The position numbers and the translations under genes are program-made. From Raillietiella orientalis (lineage: Eukaryota): a DNA stretch of 64,000 bases. Every line of letters begins with the position of its first letter. Positions within the stretch are counted from its first letter, which is position 1. The notes beneath the pieces are model-generated. The model did no database searches and was not told the origin of the DNA. It saw only the letters and a program-made list of their open reading frames with translations. The DNA lies in contig JAYWIR010000038.1 of NCBI GenBank assembly GCA_036172245.1, positions 1,364,001-1,428,000 of the forward strand, in the 5' to 3' direction. This document shows positions 59,463-64,000 of the stretch, in pieces.

Positions 59463-59929
59463 CTTGTTGGAGGGATTACAACTAGATCTCCTGCTGCCCT
59501 ACAACTCTGAACGCGCGGGTACAGAAGACTGCGGAAACATGGAAAGAGGTCACGGAGATTTTCTCTGACTTGCTCCACTCCTTACGACCTTTACTGAAGA
59601 AGACCATCCGATGATCGCACTAGATTTTAGGAAAAGGGCAAGGGTAAATTCCAATCCCCTCTTCCCAGCATAGCCCTCCTATGAATGAAGGTTCCATCCG
59701 ATCACGCTGGGAAGTTTATTTAGAAAAACAAACTACAAGTTAGAGGGGAAACCCTCAACAAGAGGAAATGCTCCCCCCCAAGTTCTTTCGGGTTAACGCC
59801 TGCTCGCAAGCCGGCTTACCAAAAGTAAGGAACGGAGAATGGGGATAATAAATGAATAAAAAAAGATGGGAGGGTGGGGACAGGGGTCTTTGGTGTGAAA
59901 CGTTCCCTCCTTTCTAGAAGCGGCTCTGG

Positions 59930-61100
59930 ATAGAGGCGATCTCCGCGGAGACTTCTGGCGGTTGAGACCATCCTGCTGCTGTCCTCATGAGGGCTGCTGA
60001 CATGCTGGTGACCTCTCTTCGCAGCGAACCTGACTCCAACACATGGCTCGCTGTCACTATGAGCTCATGCAACAGATTATTGCGATCACAGCGCCCTTCT
60101 TCAGCCAGCCTCCGGTGAGGAAGCGTCGTGCCGAAAAGAGTCTCCGCGACAAGTTCTCCAGGACGCTGCAGTCCGACAAAAGGTGCGGGGGCGATTTCCT
60201 TGCGCCGCACCTAAGACAGTTATGGGAAAAGGAGGAGGTGAACCAGGGCAATTGATATCTGGTCGAAGGACAGATATCGCGTTGAAGGATTGGGTTTTGG
60301 TTAGCTATCCAGTCAAAACGTGCTGCTGGGGTGCAGCAGTTCATCAGCCCAAACTCAACACAGAAACTTGCTGATATTCTGCTGTATGGAGATGAAGATG
60401 TTCGGATGAGAGGTGCTGTTTTATCTGCCATTGGATCCATGCTTAGCTGCAGGTATGCAGTGTTCCGCGATCACCTGGATTTCCCAGACATGGTGATGAT
60501 GCTTCAGAAGATCAGCAACCAGTTACATCTCAACAAGCAGTATTCGCACTACATTCCTGCCTACCTGTACTTTGTCATAGTCCCTGATGCTTAGAAGATG
60601 GAGAAATCTCCACCTATTAGGGAAGAATCACAATTTTCCGGCGGCAAGGTGAAGGTTCACCTGAGAAATGGCAAGAACTATCAAACTCCTAGACATCTGC
60701 GCTACAGTCTGCTGATACGGCAACCCCTCGAGTTCACACCCAAAGACTACAACTACTGAGTGGTTTTTCTGGGAATTTCCTCTTGAAATGAAATGATCCA
60801 TTATGCATGGACAACTTGGTGCTCCCTCTGAGGTGGAAATAAACAGCAGCCAATACGGCTCTCGTATTGGACTTTCCTTTGCAGCCTCTTCCTCCAGCAT
60901 TGGACGAAGAGAAGAATCCTACGAGATATGGATGAGATGAATCTTTTCCTCACCTTGGAGTGTAATGGCTATTGTAGCGGTCCTCCTGCACTCGGAGAGC
61001 AATCGAAGAGAGTTGTCAGGCCTACTGTTTGCGCACAATCAATTATCCCTCAGGAATAGCCATCACAGCTCGCATCTTCGGAGTTACAGCAGCGCACATT
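59930..61100 (+). pseudogene. Possible decayed, intronless huntingtin/HEAT-repeat-like fragment
   Basis: CCWGAAVHQP followed (frame shift) by QKLADILLYGDEDVRMRGAVLSAIGSML...LDFPDMVMMLQK recalls huntingtin SCVGAAVALHP...VSDILNYIDHGDPQVRGA...LADCIPLLRK. Comparison from memory only. Confidence 0.25.
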
Positions 61101-64000
61101 CAAATGGAGTACGGACGGCTGTTCAGAGAAGCCATTTCCCTCTCACATCGAGGAGAAAAGCGCTGTAATGGCGCTCCCACTTCCTAATTCATCCTTACAT
61201 GCAGCACTATTTGTGTGTGCGTGCGTGTGTGTGTACCCATCCCGTTGAGAATCCGAGGAAGTGGTTGCGAGCTGGAAAACCCTCCAGAGACTCACTGCTT
61301 CGGGTAAGACGGAGGCATCCTACGTGGTCGAATTCGGTGCAATGTGTGTTCATTGCTCTGAAGTGTCCCGGCGAGGCCACTAGTGGACGAGAAGAAACAC
61401 GGAAGTTCCACACACGCAGCTGGCAGCACATCCCAGCACTCCGACGAGGTCCCTTCTATTCCCCTTCGCCTATCCTGAATTCCCACCATCCTTTTCAGAA
61501 GGGAAAGCACAGATCTCAGGACTGCAGCAGTATCCTACGAAATGAAAAGGGCAAGCTGCTTCAGAAGTTTGTTTAACGTATTGACCATCAGATAGGTAGA
61601 ATGCAAAGATTACAAGAACATACTTCTTTCGTAAGGCGGAATTCGAGAACAAGACAAGAAAAAAAAAAAGGTGCCATGCACTTTAGGACTGCCGTCAGGT
61701 TCACACCATCATGCAGCTTGCTGACAAAATTTACCATCTTTTTCCCAGTCAGAGACCGAGTAACTGTTAACTGCGTGAATTATTGCTCGATCTTTGGTTG
61801 CGATTGCTTTCTGTGGGTGGTTTCGTCGGGTGTCGGTCCAGATGATGCTACTACTAGGTGTCTCTTCGCACTCGGATGTCTTTTGCATACCATCCGCTTG
61901 CATATGTTTGCAAGACATTGGAAGATTCGGTTCCCGAATCGTATTGTGATTCCTCAGGTCCGCCACCCCATTATCAATATAATCAAGGCATCTGCTGTTG
62001 CTTGCTGATCAATGGGCGCAGATTCTGCCATCAGACAACGCATGTACTCCCCTTTTCCCTTAGCAACAAGGACGGGGATTTATAAATGATCAAAAGTCGA
62101 GATAGCGTGAGTACTGACATTGGGTACTGAGCATCGACTAGCGGATCATTCATCTCCCCGGTTTCGGATCTGGGCTGGGAGGCTCCCTTCTGCCACTTTG
62201 CAAAGTCCAATCACGAATACCGCAGCACCAATGCGTGTATAGTCCCTGTTAAATTTAGAATATTCGAGAAATAACGAAGAAATGCTGTAGAAATTAATTG
62301 TGCAAAGTGTCCGTCCTGACTTCTAAACGAATTTACGTCGATCTAGGGCACTGCCAAAATAGGAGTTCCACGAAGTTATAGCGTTTTCCCACACTGTTTA
62401 GTCAAACATGTGATACACATCTGATGGCACGATATCTCTAAGCTTCTTCATAAGTTTTGCCATCTTTGCCGTAATTTTAGTGCAGGCATTGGGAAGCATT
62501 CTTTTGCAGTTTCTCCGTTTGCAATTTTGCTATGTGCTATCTATTATCGGGTGTTACTTTGGTGAAATCCCTGGCCCTAACGTCAAGTTTGGAGATGCTG
62601 ATTGTTTCCATTTCTGAAACTGCCAACAGTTCAATTCCTTCAGAAATGTGCATTCAATCTGAAATCAGGTTCAGCTTATCCCTGTGTTCACATGGTGCAG
62701 AGAATCTCTTAAAACAATGCCTTCACAAATTTTGCCGACCCACCAAATTACAATCTTTGAGAAACCTTTGAACATATAATGATTCTTCACTAAAATAGCA
62801 TGCAGCATCATTGGAAGGAGTTGCTGGACACCAAAAAAAAAAATAAAAAAAGGGTGAAAAACACAATATATTCCCTAATAAGAACTGAGAAGCATAGCAA
62901 GGTTTGAAAAAAAGCCATGTAAAGAAATCAAATTATAAATGCTTGCTCTTCCCAGTCATCTTTGGCAAACTGTTGGGTGAAATTATGGGGCAGGATTTGC
63001 AAGTTATCTGGTCAGCTGAGGAAATCAATACTAAATTCGTTTACAGTTACAACACGAAATAGTTAGGAGTAACTAACAAGTTTGAAGATGCATTGACTTT
63101 AAGCCCAAAGCGCCTTTACAGGCACAAAAAGTTCTCCTGCACAATAGAAACCAACTTTCTCTCTCTATAAGTCTGGTCACTCTTGCCTGTGGAAATGGAA
63201 ATACAAGGTAAAGCATGCAGGGATTTATTGATTTCATGTAATCAACTTTGACTTGCTTGCATAACAATTACTTTTTACATAAGCACCTTTTTCCTGAGAA
63301 AGAAAGCTATGATATTGTGCTCTTGAACATTCTGGATCCTTAGGTAATGCTTCCTGCAATACATGAAACTTTCAACTATACTGAGTGCACTGTCAATCCA
63401 AAGTCATGTTCATAGAACTCCATCTGTTTCCATGATTCTACGGTTTCCACTTTGACATGTTTTCAACATCTGAATGCTTTTTCCCTTTGTATAAAGTTTC
63501 TGGGGAAAATGTGGACAGAAAACTTTATGTAAAAAGCATAATGTGGAAAGGCCAAAAAGTATCAATGTAAGAAATATGAACAAATACAAGCAATAAGTTT
63601 AAAGGCTGGATTCTTCGACTGATGAATGCTTTATTTAAAGAGAATGATACTTGCAAAATAGGATTTGCAAAGTATCAGAAAATAACAAAATTGGAGGCAT
63701 ATAAATTTCATCACCAAGTTCAATACTATATACAATGATCAATTCTGTACATACACCATTACATAATCACTCTATAGTACTTTTTTGAAGAATGACAACA
63801 GGTACAAAATAAAGCATGTACATATCATACATATACTACACATGTTATATCTGATGGATTACACATATTAGGTGCAAATTGAGTAAGACATCTGGAGGGC
63901 AAATCCAGGTGCATGTAAGGGAATTCCATTTCTAAAGAACATTCTTTTGGTTGATGATACACTTCCTGAACTCTAAATAAAATCCAGTTTCCAAACAGCG

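Noticed and set aside
61700..63500. Possible minus-strand LINE RT remnants (NLRPL, QADG)
   Set aside because: Too degenerate to support a call.
1..64000. CRISPR arrays or prokaryotic operons
   Set aside because: No regularly spaced repeat-spacer array and no prokaryotic gene organisation; the window is eukaryotic.

Overview
Eukaryotic (invertebrate, probably arthropod) genomic DNA. The evidence is a TCAGTC initiator, a protostome-type U2 sequence and a NUMT that reads in the invertebrate mitochondrial code. One intact host gene is recognisable: an intronless achaete-scute-class proneural bHLH gene (18440-19090, +) with a compact promoter carrying E-boxes, Hairy/E(spl) sites and a GATA site. 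The rest is mostly decayed transposon DNA: BEL/Pao LTR relics, L1/Tx1-like LINE 3' ends, about 7 copies of a tRNA-headed SINE-like family, a hAT MITE with TSD and a decayed mariner. Almost all other ORFs in the track look like chance ORFs in GC-rich relic DNA. Most notable: (1) a U2 snRNA 5' fragment fused directly to a truncated Utopia/NeSL-type RLE retrotransposon; (2) an AT-rich foldback-like element enclosing a 28S rRNA relic that is itself split by a mitochondrial nad2 insertion; (3) several near-perfect local duplications or foldbacks and an apparent AT-to-GC decay bias. All homology calls come from motif recognition by eye, not database searches, and relic boundaries are approximate.
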